Shown piece after piece: positions 9,339-18,082 of a DNA stretch of 64,000 nt; position 1 is the first letter of the stretch, and each line of letters starts with the position of its first letter. The position numbers and the translations under genes are program-made. The notes below the pieces were generated by a model, which was not told the DNA's origin, did not search any database, and saw only the letters and a list, made by a program, of their open reading frames with translations. Source of the DNA: Kiritimatiellia bacterium (GTDB taxonomy: Bacteria; Verrucomicrobiota; Kiritimatiellia; RFP12; UBA1067); the NCBI GenBank assembly GCA_045636065.1, contig JAZTWW010000049.1:5168-69167 (forward strand). Direction: 5' to 3'.

Positions 9339-12300
9339 TCACTCTTCCGTAATCACGTTGAGATCGACGGGGATCGACCTCTTGATCTGAAGTCCGCTTA
9401 CAGGCTCCTTCTCGGTGAAGTAGAGCGTACCGCTCGCGAAGGGCCTCGTGACGATATCCTCCGTGCCGTCGCCGCAGCCGCAGTCGTCCCAGCCGGGGAG
9501 AAGCGCGCACTTGTAAGTGCCTGTAAGGTACTTGCCGCTTGAGAACGTGACGCGGGCCGTGCCGGAGACGATGCCTGTCGCCTTGGCGTAGGACATCGTT
9601 ATGACGCCCACCTTGCCGGAAAGGCTGAATCCGCTCGACTTGGCCGTTGCAACGGCGCTCGGGACCGATGCTATCGATCCGTTGATGCCGTCCGCGGCGT
9701 AGCTCGGGTCGATCGAGACCGCGAACTTGCGCGACAGGTAGAGATCCTCGTAGTCGAACATCTCGCATATCTTAAGGGGCGAAAGGCTCTTCGTGAAGTA
9801 CCCGCCGTAGGCGAGAAGCGTCACCGCATACTCGTACCTGCCGTTCGTCTCCCTGTGGAGCATGTAGTTGACGAAGCCGGGGATGTCCTTAATGACCTGG
9901 AGCTGCGATGTGTCGTCGCACGTCTCGGCGGCATCGGCGCAGATCGTGACGGCTATGCCCGTCACATCCTTCTGGGCGCGCTTGAAGATGTAGAGCTTCG
10001 CCTTCTTCGCGTTCTCGGGATTGGCCGTCAAGGACACGGAGCCGTTCACGTACTGGCCGTCGGGGAGATAGCCGACATACGTGACACGCCCGTTTCTGAC
10101 GGCGGCGGTGGATGTCATCGTAAAGGTGATGTATCCCGTGCCGTGAGGCTCATAGATGCTTCCCGCCTCGGCCTCGCCCGCGCAGATGTCCCTGTTGGGG
10201 AGCGTCACCGTGTAGTAGCCCGTGAAGGACTTCCACACACCGGTCTCCTTGGCAGGCGTCTCGTTTACGGTGAGCGGGCCTTCAAAGTAGTTGGAGACGC
10301 CTTCGAGCGCGCCGGAGATCGTTCCCTCGGTGTCAAGGCTGAGGACAAGGGTGGATCCCTTGGAGTTCTTGAGCATCGCAAGGGCCGTCCCCGTTTCGGA
10401 TTCTATGTCCTCCCACGCGCCGGTGAAGGTCGTCACGGTGCTCTCGGTGCTCTGGAACTTTGCGGTGATCCTGTTCTTGGCGGTTACGCTCACCGTGAGC
10501 TCGCCCACGACTATCGTGCCGTCCTCATGGTCGTGGATGACTGCGCACGTGTTGTTGTACGCCTTGTTCGTGTAGGGGTTCTTCTCGGCGGGGTCGTCCA
10601 CGGTGAGGGTGAACGTGGTGGGCGTACCGGTCGTCTTCTTGCCGCCGACAGTCGTCGTGATAGTGAACGAGGCGGTGAACGTACCCTTCACGGTGGGCGT
10701 ACCGGAAAGGACGACAGCCTTCTTGACGCTATCGTACTTGAGCGTCACCCCGGCGGGAAGAGCGCCTGACTTCTTCGTGAGAGTCACCGTGCCGTTCGTG
10801 ACGTTGTAGACGCCGAACTCCACACCAGATGCGAAGTTCTGGTACAGCCCGACATCGTACTCCGTCTCTTCGAAGACGGGGTCGGTGGAGTCGCTTACCG
10901 TAAGCTTGTGGTCAGTTTCGTCGTCAAGCGTCGCGCCGGTGGGGAGCTTCACGGCCTCAAGGCCGAATACGGTGTACTCCGAAGGCGAGAACTGCTGGTT
11001 GTCGAAGAGCGTTACCGTTATCGACTTCTCGCCCGACTCGCCGTCGTTCCACGAGAGGGTGAGATCCTGCGGGATCGTGACGCGGCCCTCCTCGATCGTG
11101 CCGCCCTGCTCCTTTACGGTGAGCTTGACGGACGCAGCTCCGCTCGAACCGCCCGTTCTCTGGACGGCGACGGTGGCTGCACCGTTGAAGCTGAACGCCG
11201 TCTGCTCGGTCTTGACGAACTCGAATTCGCCAGGCTGCCAGATCTGGTACGTGACGACCGTCGCCTCGCCGGCGCCGTACTGCGTGGGAACTACGACATC
11301 GCCGGAATCGGTAGCCCTGAAGTAGAGGCCCTTTCCGTCGACGTCTTCAAGCCCTTCGACGCCTGTTATGTCGCCGATTCCCTGGATGCGGTAGATTTCG
11401 TCCTCGACGACGCGGATCGCAAGGAATCCGGACGACGTCGTGTAGCTCTTGGACGACTCCGCGGGGATCACGAGAACGGACGAGGAGAGCGTGTACGGTG
11501 CCGTTGCGTCGCCAGGATAGGCGAGCGCGAAAAGGTTGGTCTTGTTCGTCGCCGCAGGACGGGTGGCCCTAACGGTCACGTAGTACTCGGCCTCTCCGTC
11601 AACCTCGCAGTCGAGAGCGATATAACCCTGGGAGAGATCGCCAGTCGCCGTCGCAATCTCCTCAAGGTAGTCTTCGCCGTCTTCGTCTTCGGCGACTACG
11701 GAAAGGGCGAGCGTCACCTCGGCAGGGGCGGCAAGCTCGCTGCTGGGCGAAAGCGTCAGTTTCGCCATCGCATCGGCGCCCACCTCCATCTCGTACATGT
11801 CGATCGTATCGGCGCCGGAGAGCGTACCCTTTACGGACTCTTCAAGCTCGAACGAGTTCTCGCACATCGCAAGCTCTGTATCCTCCTCGGCATCGTCTTC
11901 CTTGAGGGCGAGAAGCTCCTCAAGGCGCAGGATCGTCGGGGCGACGCCCGCATTCTTGATGTAGCTGCTCGAGGTGGTGTACTCCGTTATGCGCCCGGCG
12001 ACGGTGCCGTCGTCCCTCACCGCAAAGAACGTGGGAACGCCCGTGCGCTCCTGGTCTGAAAGCTTCCAGTCCTCGTAGGCAAGCTGGTGGTTGCGATCAT
12101 AGATATCCTTCGCATCGGCGCTTGAGATCCCCTTGCGGCTCAGGTACTTTGCTCCCCCTTCAGATGCATAGGAGAGGAGCGTATTGTTGGGATCCTTCCT
12201 GCTGGGAAGATCGATCGTGACGAGCGTAACCTTGGTGTCTCTCGCCCACTCGATGAATTCATCCTGGTACTGGAGATACGACTTCACGTTCGCGCAGTCC

Positions 12301-13637
12301 GTGCACCAGAGAGTGCCTTCCGTTGCGGCGAGGATCCTCCCGCCCTTTGCAAGCGCGGCGTCGAGATCCATCGTCCACTCGCCGTAATCGAAATCCTCGC
12401 CGATCCACTTGGGGTTGTCGATCGATGTGGCGACGGGCGCGATGAACTCGATATCCGTCTCGCCGACGGTTTCGTCGCCGTCCTTGAGAGCGATGGAGAC
12501 CTTGTTGCCGGCCGTCTTGTCGGCATCGGCGAACTCGACAGTCACGACCTTGTTTGTGACATCCTTCGCCCAATCGACGGCGACGACCTTCTCGACCGTA
12601 TCACTTCCAGGGTTGCCTGCAAGAGTCCTTCCCGATGTACCTGCAAGGACCGCGGGAGCCTTCTTGTAGGTGACGACGATAGTCTGGGAGAATGTGTCCT
12701 TCACGTCACGGACGAGATCGAGGTCGAGCGAATCGACCGTAGGCTCGGCCTCAAGGACGCCAGGCTCAACCACAAAGCTGCCGCCGAGATACGGGGCCTC
12801 GACAAAGCCAAGCTCAGCCTCGTCAAGGACTGCGCCCTTCGCGTTGAACGCCCTGAAGGTGACGTTCGACCCAGGCACGTATTCGCTTCTCTTGATCGAG
12901 ATCTTGAGCGTCTTGGACGTTTCGGAAGCCGCCCAGGCAACAACGTTCGTCTCGACTTTGCCAGAGGGATACGTGACCGTCAGATTCTGGTTCGTGGCGC
13001 CGACCTTTTCGCGCACAAGCTCAAGCTCCACGTCCCTCGCCTGGTCGGTGGACTGGTTCGGGAAATACATGAACTCGGGATCGACGGACTCAATCGTTCC
13101 GCCCGGGAACACGTCGACCTCATACTCGCCTGCGTACATGTCGCAGACGTTTATGAACTGCTGCGCAAGAGTACCTTTCCTCGCCGCCGCAGGAATCGTG
13201 GGATCGCTCGAGCGGCCCGTGAACCTGATAAGAGTCTTGCCCTTCCAGTACACGGCGCAATAGGGCCACCTCGTGCTGTCCGGCGGCTTCGCGAACGCCT
13301 TTATGGTCGAACCCTCTCCGCCTTTGCCGTATCCGAACACGAAAACGTACTTCTTCGCTTCCTGCCAGTTTATTATCGTCGAGGTGGCACAGGCCGTCTC
13401 TAGCTTCTTGCACTGGCCGCAGCTCGGGTCGGCCCAGAAGACGATCATCGGAATGCCGTTCTCGTCCGCCAATTTCTTCGCGGCGGAGAAATTCGTGTTC
13501 CAGACGCCCGGCTCGACGGGAAGGTCGTCTGAGATGATCATTCCTGGCGCATTCGGAAGCGTCAGGGCGTTAACGGCAAACGATGCCGCCATTGCAAGCG
13601 CCGCAAGGACGCCGCGTATACTCGTCTCTCTCGTCAT
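9339..13637 (-). CDS. Giant (1432 aa) secreted protein with two thioredoxin-like CxxC modules plus beta-sandwich/Ig-like repeats
   Basis: Signal peptide MTRETSIRGVLAALAMAASFAVNA. Module 1: NGIPMIVFWADPSCGQCKKLE. Module 2: GGRILAATEGTLWCTDCANVKSYL. Remainder is Thr/Ser/Val/Gly-rich beta-strand repeats. No sorting signal recognised. Confidence 0.7.
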   Translation of the reverse strand: MTRETSIRGVLAALAMAASFAVNALTLPNAPGMIISDDLPVEPGVWNTNFSAAKKLADENGIPMIVFWADPSCGQCKKLETACATSTIINWQEAKKYVFVFGYGKGGEGSTIKAFAKPPDSTRWPYCAVYWKGKTLIRFTGRSSDPTIPAAARKGTLAQQFINVCDMYAGEYEVDVFPGGTIESVDPEFMYFPNQSTDQARDVELELVREKVGATNQNLTVTYPSGKVETNVVAWAASETSKTLKISIKRSEYVPGSNVTFRAFNAKGAVLDEAELGFVEAPYLGGSFVVEPGVLEAEPTVDSLDLDLVRDVKDTFSQTIVVTYKKAPAVLAGTSGRTLAGNPGSDTVEKVVAVDWAKDVTNKVVTVEFADADKTAGNKVSIALKDGDETVGETDIEFIAPVATSIDNPKWIGEDFDYGEWTMDLDAALAKGGRILAATEGTLWCTDCANVKSYLQYQDEFIEWARDTKVTLVTIDLPSRKDPNNTLLSYASEGGAKYLSRKGISSADAKDIYDRNHQLAYEDWKLSDQERTGVPTFFAVRDDGTVAGRITEYTTSSSYIKNAGVAPTILRLEELLALKEDDAEEDTELAMCENSFELEESVKGTLSGADTIDMYEMEVGADAMAKLTLSPSSELAAPAEVTLALSVVAEDEDGEDYLEEIATATGDLSQGYIALDCEVDGEAEYYVTVRATRPAATNKTNLFALAYPGDATAPYTLSSSVLVIPAESSKSYTTSSGFLAIRVVEDEIYRIQGIGDITGVEGLEDVDGKGLYFRATDSGDVVVPTQYGAGEATVVTYQIWQPGEFEFVKTEQTAFSFNGAATVAVQRTGGSSGAASVKLTVKEQGGTIEEGRVTIPQDLTLSWNDGESGEKSITVTLFDNQQFSPSEYTVFGLEAVKLPTGATLDDETDHKLTVSDSTDPVFEETEYDVGLYQNFASGVEFGVYNVTNGTVTLTKKSGALPAGVTLKYDSVKKAVVLSGTPTVKGTFTASFTITTTVGGKKTTGTPTTFTLTVDDPAEKNPYTNKAYNNTCAVIHDHEDGTIVVGELTVSVTAKNRITAKFQSTESTVTTFTGAWEDIESETGTALAMLKNSKGSTLVLSLDTEGTISGALEGVSNYFEGPLTVNETPAKETGVWKSFTGYYTVTLPNRDICAGEAEAGSIYEPHGTGYITFTMTSTAAVRNGRVTYVGYLPDGQYVNGSVSLTANPENAKKAKLYIFKRAQKDVTGIAVTICADAAETCDDTSQLQVIKDIPGFVNYMLHRETNGRYEYAVTLLAYGGYFTKSLSPLKICEMFDYEDLYLSRKFAVSIDPSYAADGINGSIASVPSAVATAKSSGFSLSGKVGVITMSYAKATGIVSGTARVTFSSGKYLTGTYKCALLPGWDDCGCGDGTEDIVTRPFASGTLYFTEKEPVSGLQIKRSIPVDLNVITEE

Positions 13638-14743
13638 TTATCTGCCTCCTGCCCACGATTCGCGGGCGGGTTCAATTTCTCGTTTAAAATCTGCTTGCCG
13701 TACGGGTATTCAAGCCTGGCCTTAACCACAAGATCCCTGATGCGTTCGTTGAGAAGCTTGGCCCTGTACTCCTTCATCTCCTCGGCCATGACCGTCTCGG
13801 CCGTCGGGATCTCGAGAAATTCCGGAAGCTGGAAGAATACCCTTGAAATCTCATACCTCTGGGGCTCGGTATCGGTGACGTTCATAAGCTTCATGATCAT
13901 AAGGCCGTTGTCGCCTTCGATGGGCGGAGAGAAATCCCCGGGCTTCATCTCTTTGAGGAGCCTTACTACCTCATCGTCACCTGCGAGCTGCCCGAGCTCG
14001 AAAAGCCCCCACTCGCCACCGCAGCCTTTGCCGTCGTCGTCCTCGGTGTATTTTTCGGCAATCTGCGCGAAATCGGCGCCTGCACTGATCTCCTCCCAGA
14101 CGTTCGTTGCACGCGCAAAGACGAGCGTATTCGTGGCCTGGGCGATTTCATTGTATCTTTCAGCAGTTGAAATTCTTTCCTCCACAAGCTCCTCGGGGAT
14201 CTCCAAGGGGCTCTTTTCATATTCCGCCTCATCGATCGCCGCCACAAGGGCCTCCATAGCGATCTGCGCGTCAAGAACTCCCTGAAGCTCCACGGGGAGA
14301 GACGCCTTCAAATCATCATATCCCTTCTGCGGAGGTTTTCTGTACATCTTGAAAGCCCTCTCCCTGTATTTTGCGAGGCTTTCTTCACTCGGGACAAGTC
14401 CACTCTTGAGCGCATATCCTTCAATTGCGGCCATCTGCACGAGACCGGCCGGAGCCTGGCTTCTTATGGTACGCTCGATTCTCGCCCTCTCCTGATCGTC
14501 CATGGCGCCTTTGCGCCTATTGGACTGCAGAAGAACCCTCAAAGCAACGCTTCTTTCAAGCACGCCCTTCGTAATGGGCGTTCCGTCAACTACTATGACG
14601 GCATCGGTATCTTTAAGGCCATCGTATGTTGCACCTTCAACAGGCGTCTGTTCCGGAAGGGCGTTTGAGCTGCCTCCCGCATCCCTTTCGCCGCACCCGG
14701 CCAGAATCCCTGCAACTAGAATCGCCGCAAATATCCTCTTCAT
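13634..14743 (-). CDS. Parvulin-type peptidyl-prolyl cis-trans isomerase lipoprotein (SurA/PrsA-like)
   Basis: Start at MKRIFAAILVAGILAGCG (lipobox; ATG complement 14741-14743). C-terminal parvulin motif FAQIAEKYTEDDDGKGCGGEWGLFELGQL..DFSPPIEGDNGLMIMKL. Confidence 0.7.
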   Translation of the reverse strand: MKRIFAAILVAGILAGCGERDAGGSSNALPEQTPVEGATYDGLKDTDAVIVVDGTPITKGVLERSVALRVLLQSNRRKGAMDDQERARIERTIRSQAPAGLVQMAAIEGYALKSGLVPSEESLAKYRERAFKMYRKPPQKGYDDLKASLPVELQGVLDAQIAMEALVAAIDEAEYEKSPLEIPEELVEERISTAERYNEIAQATNTLVFARATNVWEEISAGADFAQIAEKYTEDDDGKGCGGEWGLFELGQLAGDDEVVRLLKEMKPGDFSPPIEGDNGLMIMKLMNVTDTEPQRYEISRVFFQLPEFLEIPTAETVMAEEMKEYRAKLLNERIRDLVVKARLEYPYGKQILNEKLNPPANRGQEADK

Positions 14744-14872
14744 CTTTTCCAGCCTTTCGGTAGGGTGCCTTTTTTTGCTAATGAGAAGGCTACGGAGCTT
14801 ATCACTACCGTAGCCTTCCATTGTCTACGGCTTTCGCCGTATCAACCAACGGTTGTTACACCGTAATCAGCT

Positions 14873-15649
14873 TCAGACATCGGAGCCGCTAGCCGACGTG
14901 AACTTCTTGGGAAGGATCGCGGAGAGGCCACCCTTCTTGGCGAACTTCTTGGCAGCGGACTTGTCCCACTTGAGGGACCAGGTGCCGTAAGCGGCGGTGA
15001 GCTCGGTCTGGCCGGCATCGTCGGTGCAGATCATGAACGTACCGACTTCCGTCGTGACAGGATCAGAGCAGGAAACCTCGGTCTCGCAGTCAGCCTTGGT
15101 CTTGGTGCCGGCGAAGTTGCCGGAGAGGCTCTTCACGAGAGCGCTCTTCTTGTCCCAGCTGCCGAAACCGGCGAGGCGGAGAGCATAGTTGTCGCTCGTG
15201 TAGGTACCAACGGCCTCAACGACCTTGCTCTTCTCAGTGGTCTTGCCACCGATGCGGTCAACGAAATCCCAAGCGAGAGCGGCGCCAGTGTCCTCCTCGT
15301 AGGTCTTGCCATCCCAGAAGATGGGCGTGAGACCTTCGAACGCCTCAACGCACTCGCAAGCATCGCTGCAAGCTTCGGCGTCGGTCACGAGGCTCCAGGC
15401 ACCATCAGCACCCTCGGTGCCGGCATAGAGGTAACCAGCGACCTTGGCGGAGGCCTTCTTGCGGTAGCAAACGACCTCGGGATCGCTGCAGGAGACTTTC
15501 GTCTTCTTGGCGATGGGAGCCGTGGTCTTGATGCTGAACGAAACCTTGTACACGCTAACGCAGGTGTAGGTCGTAGGATCGCTGCAGTTGTCGCTAGCGA
15601 AAGCACCAACAGTGGCGGCCATCGCAGCTGCAATCATGAGCTTCTTCAT
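14873..15649 (-). CDS. Hypothetical Cys-rich secreted protein
   Basis: 258 aa. Signal peptide MKKLMIAAAMAATVGAFA. About 14 Cys in CSDP/CxxxC contexts (NCSDPTTYTC, VSCSDPEVVC, CSDACEC, VSCSDPV). Confidence 0.5.
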   Translation of the reverse strand: MKKLMIAAAMAATVGAFASDNCSDPTTYTCVSVYKVSFSIKTTAPIAKKTKVSCSDPEVVCYRKKASAKVAGYLYAGTEGADGAWSLVTDAEACSDACECVEAFEGLTPIFWDGKTYEEDTGAALAWDFVDRIGGKTTEKSKVVEAVGTYTSDNYALRLAGFGSWDKKSALVKSLSGNFAGTKTKADCETEVSCSDPVTTEVGTFMICTDDAGQTELTAAYGTWSLKWDKSAAKKFAKKGGLSAILPKKFTSASGSDV

Positions 15650-15796
15650 TGTTCTTCTTTCCTTTTTTGTTTTACTCCCAACGGCTCGGCCACCCGGCCT
15701 CGCCGCTAGGAGCGGTTAACCTGTTCCAAACAACTCGAGGCCAACTTCTTTTATGCCCGGTTTTCCCTAGGCCCGGACACACCGTCCGAAAACCTC

Positions 15797-16426
15797 TTAT
15801 TGCTTGAAAGCGGTGCGTATTGTACCATATCCCGGAGCGAAAGTCAACAATGATTTTAAAAAAATTTCAACTTCTTTTAAGGCGCGTCCCCTGTGCGAAA
15901 TCGCGTTCTTCTCTTCAGGATCAAGCTCCGCAAAGGTTTTCTCATATCCATCGGGTATAAACAGGGGATCGTATCCAAAGCCGCCTGCTCCTGAATTTTT
16001 TTTCGCAATGCGCCCAGAGCTGCGCCCCTCTATATCATACACCTTGCCATCAGGTGCCACGAGCGCAATCGCGCAGGTGAAATGGGCCGATCTATCTTCA
16101 ACGCCTTCGAGGTTCTTTAGAAGAAGGGCGTTGTTCGCGGCCGAGTCTCCATCAAGTCCCGCATAGCGCGCGCTGTATACGCCCGGCGCGCCGCCGAGCG
16201 CATCCACCGAAAGGCCTGAATCGTCGGCCATTATCCAAGCGCCTGGATGGCGGGGCGCGATTGCAAGCGCCTTCAAGCGCGCATTGCCGCAGAACGTCTT
16301 TTCAGTCTCCTCGACGTCGGGGCTGTCCGGCACAATCGTCCATCCGGGAAGGATCTCTGAGATCTCCCTCAGCTTGTGGGCGTTATGCGTTGCAACCACA
16401 AGCATAAAAGAGGAAGAGGCGGGCAT
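15797..16426 (-). CDS. rdgB: Non-canonical purine NTP pyrophosphatase (RdgB/Ham1, dITP/XTP pyrophosphatase)
   Basis: LVVATHNAHKLREI..FCGNARLKA..ADDSGL.VDALGGAPGVYSARY..C.IALV..GFGYDP.F.P.G...TFAE....K...SHRG.A. Start chosen at ATG 16424-16426 because of a strong AAGGGGAGG RBS. An alternative ATG lies at 16405. Confidence 0.85.
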   Translation of the reverse strand: MPASSSFMLVVATHNAHKLREISEILPGWTIVPDSPDVEETEKTFCGNARLKALAIAPRHPGAWIMADDSGLSVDALGGAPGVYSARYAGLDGDSAANNALLLKNLEGVEDRSAHFTCAIALVAPDGKVYDIEGRSSGRIAKKNSGAGGFGYDPLFIPDGYEKTFAELDPEEKNAISHRGRALKEVEIFLKSLLTFAPGYGTIRTAFKQ

Positions 16427-16467
16427 AGACCCGCCTCCCCTTTTTTGCTCCTTTGACAGGGAAGTTC

Positions 16468-16731
16468 TCACTTCGCCGCCGAGCCGTCGTCGCCGTACCC
16501 CTTGGATGTGAGGTAGTCGATGACTTTACCAACCGTGGTGAGCTTCTCCGCATCCTCTTCAGGGATCGCGGCGCCGAACTCCTCTTCGAAAGCCATGATA
16601 AGTTCAACGCTGTCGAGAGAGTCAGCGCCGAGGTCGTCAATGAAGGAAGCTTCAACCGTAACCTGCTCTGCATTGACGCCGAGCTGGTCGACGATTATCT
16701 CTTTCACGCGGTCTTCGAGTTTACCTGCCAT
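16468..16731 (-). CDS. acpP: Acyl carrier protein
   Basis: 87 aa. Canonical [21 protein letters not shown] phosphopantetheine-attachment motif. RBS AAGGAG. Confidence 0.95.
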   Translation of the reverse strand: MAGKLEDRVKEIIVDQLGVNAEQVTVEASFIDDLGADSLDSVELIMAFEEEFGAAIPEEDAEKLTTVGKVIDYLTSKGYGDDGSAAK

Positions 16732-16760
16732 TTTAAGTCTCCTTTGTTGTGGACGGTTGT

Positions 16761-16766
16761 ATTATA
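16761..16766 (-). promoter_or_regulatory. Putative sigma70 -10 element (TATAAT on minus strand) upstream of acpP
   Basis: Minus strand reads tttagTATAATac, about 30 nt upstream of the acpP ATG. Same motif class recurs upstream of several other minus-strand genes in the window. Confidence 0.35.
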
Positions 16767-16793
16767 CTAAATTCCGATGGAAATTGCAAGCCC

Positions 16794-18077
16794 CTATAAT
16801 CCAACTCCTAAATTTTCAAGCATAACTCGAAAATCGGGAAAGGATTCATCGAGAATTTGCGCATTCCTTACGGTTACATGCGCCCGCAACCCTGCGAGCG
16901 CCATTGACATTGCAAGACGGTGGTCGCCCGAGGCGTCAAGCTGGCCACCTTTCAAGGTTCCGCCTTCGATGGCGAAACCGTCTTCAAATCCACGCGCCTT
17001 TACGCCGAGCGAAGAGAGCTTCGAAACTATCGCCTCGATGCGGTCCGTCTCCTTGAACCTAAGCTCCTTTGCGCCTCTTACCGTCGTCTCGCCCTCGGCG
17101 AACGATGCGGCGACGGCTATCGCGGGAAACTCGTCTATCGATCTTACCACGAGATCCCCGCCTATTTCGATGCCCTTGAGCGGCTGGGCATTGAGCCTTA
17201 CGCACCCGACCTCTTCGCCAAACATTTCACCTGTTGTCTCGACCTCTAGAGCCGCTCCCATCTGCGAGAGGACATCAAGTATTCCCGTTCTCGTTCCGTT
17301 CAAGAGGACGTCACGTATTTCGATTTCGCTCCCGGGGACTATGGCCGCCGCCACAAGGATGAACGCGGCGCTTGAAATGTCGCCAGGAAGATCTCCTGAA
17401 AGCGGCTTTAAAGGCGATGAAAGCGGCTTTACGCGGACCGTAGCGCCAACGCTTTCGATTTGAGCGCCCATAGAGCGGAGCATGCGCTCGGTATGGTCGC
17501 GCCCGGGGCCAGGCTCGGAGATGGTGGATTCGCCGTCCGCGCCAAGCGCTGCAAGTATGACGGCGCTTTTCACCTGGGCGCTTGCAACGGGAAGCTTCCA
17601 GTCTATGGCCTTGAGGGGATAAGTCCCCCTTCCAATCGCAATCGGGGCCTTGCCGTCAGATGTGGCGACTTTCGCCCCCATCGCCGCAAGCGGATCTGCG
17701 ACGCGGCCCATCGGCCTCGATCTCAAACCTTCGCTTCCGTCCAGCACGGCTTCGCTTCCCGTCCCCGCGATTGCACCTGCAAGAAGACGCATCGTCGTCG
17801 CTGAATTGCGGCAGTCTATGCGCCCATAATCCGGAAACGCCTTGAAGCCGCAGCCCTCGACCCTCAATGTTCCATCTTCGAGGCTTGATCTCACTCCAAG
17901 CGACGAAAGCGCTTGAAGCATTGCGCGCGAAACGCCCGTCGAGGGGAAATTGCCTATGACGCTTACGCCATCCGCCAAAGAAGCGAAAAGCGCCGCGCGG
18001 TGCGCAAGCGACTTGTCGCCTTTAAGACGGACGCACCCCTTGAGGGGGCGCGTCGCAACTGGAAGCGTCATATCCAA
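16794..18077 (-). CDS. aroA: 3-phosphoshikimate 1-carboxyvinyltransferase (EPSP synthase)
   Basis: 427 aa. LKGDKSLAHRAALFASLA, LDGSEGLRSRPM, RVKETDR-like (RFKETDRI) and GDHRLAMS motifs typical of AroA. Confidence 0.95.
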   Translation of the reverse strand: MDMTLPVATRPLKGCVRLKGDKSLAHRAALFASLADGVSVIGNFPSTGVSRAMLQALSSLGVRSSLEDGTLRVEGCGFKAFPDYGRIDCRNSATTMRLLAGAIAGTGSEAVLDGSEGLRSRPMGRVADPLAAMGAKVATSDGKAPIAIGRGTYPLKAIDWKLPVASAQVKSAVILAALGADGESTISEPGPGRDHTERMLRSMGAQIESVGATVRVKPLSSPLKPLSGDLPGDISSAAFILVAAAIVPGSEIEIRDVLLNGTRTGILDVLSQMGAALEVETTGEMFGEEVGCVRLNAQPLKGIEIGGDLVVRSIDEFPAIAVAASFAEGETTVRGAKELRFKETDRIEAIVSKLSSLGVKARGFEDGFAIEGGTLKGGQLDASGDHRLAMSMALAGLRAHVTVRNAQILDESFPDFRVMLENLGVGL

Positions 18078-18082
18078 TATCG

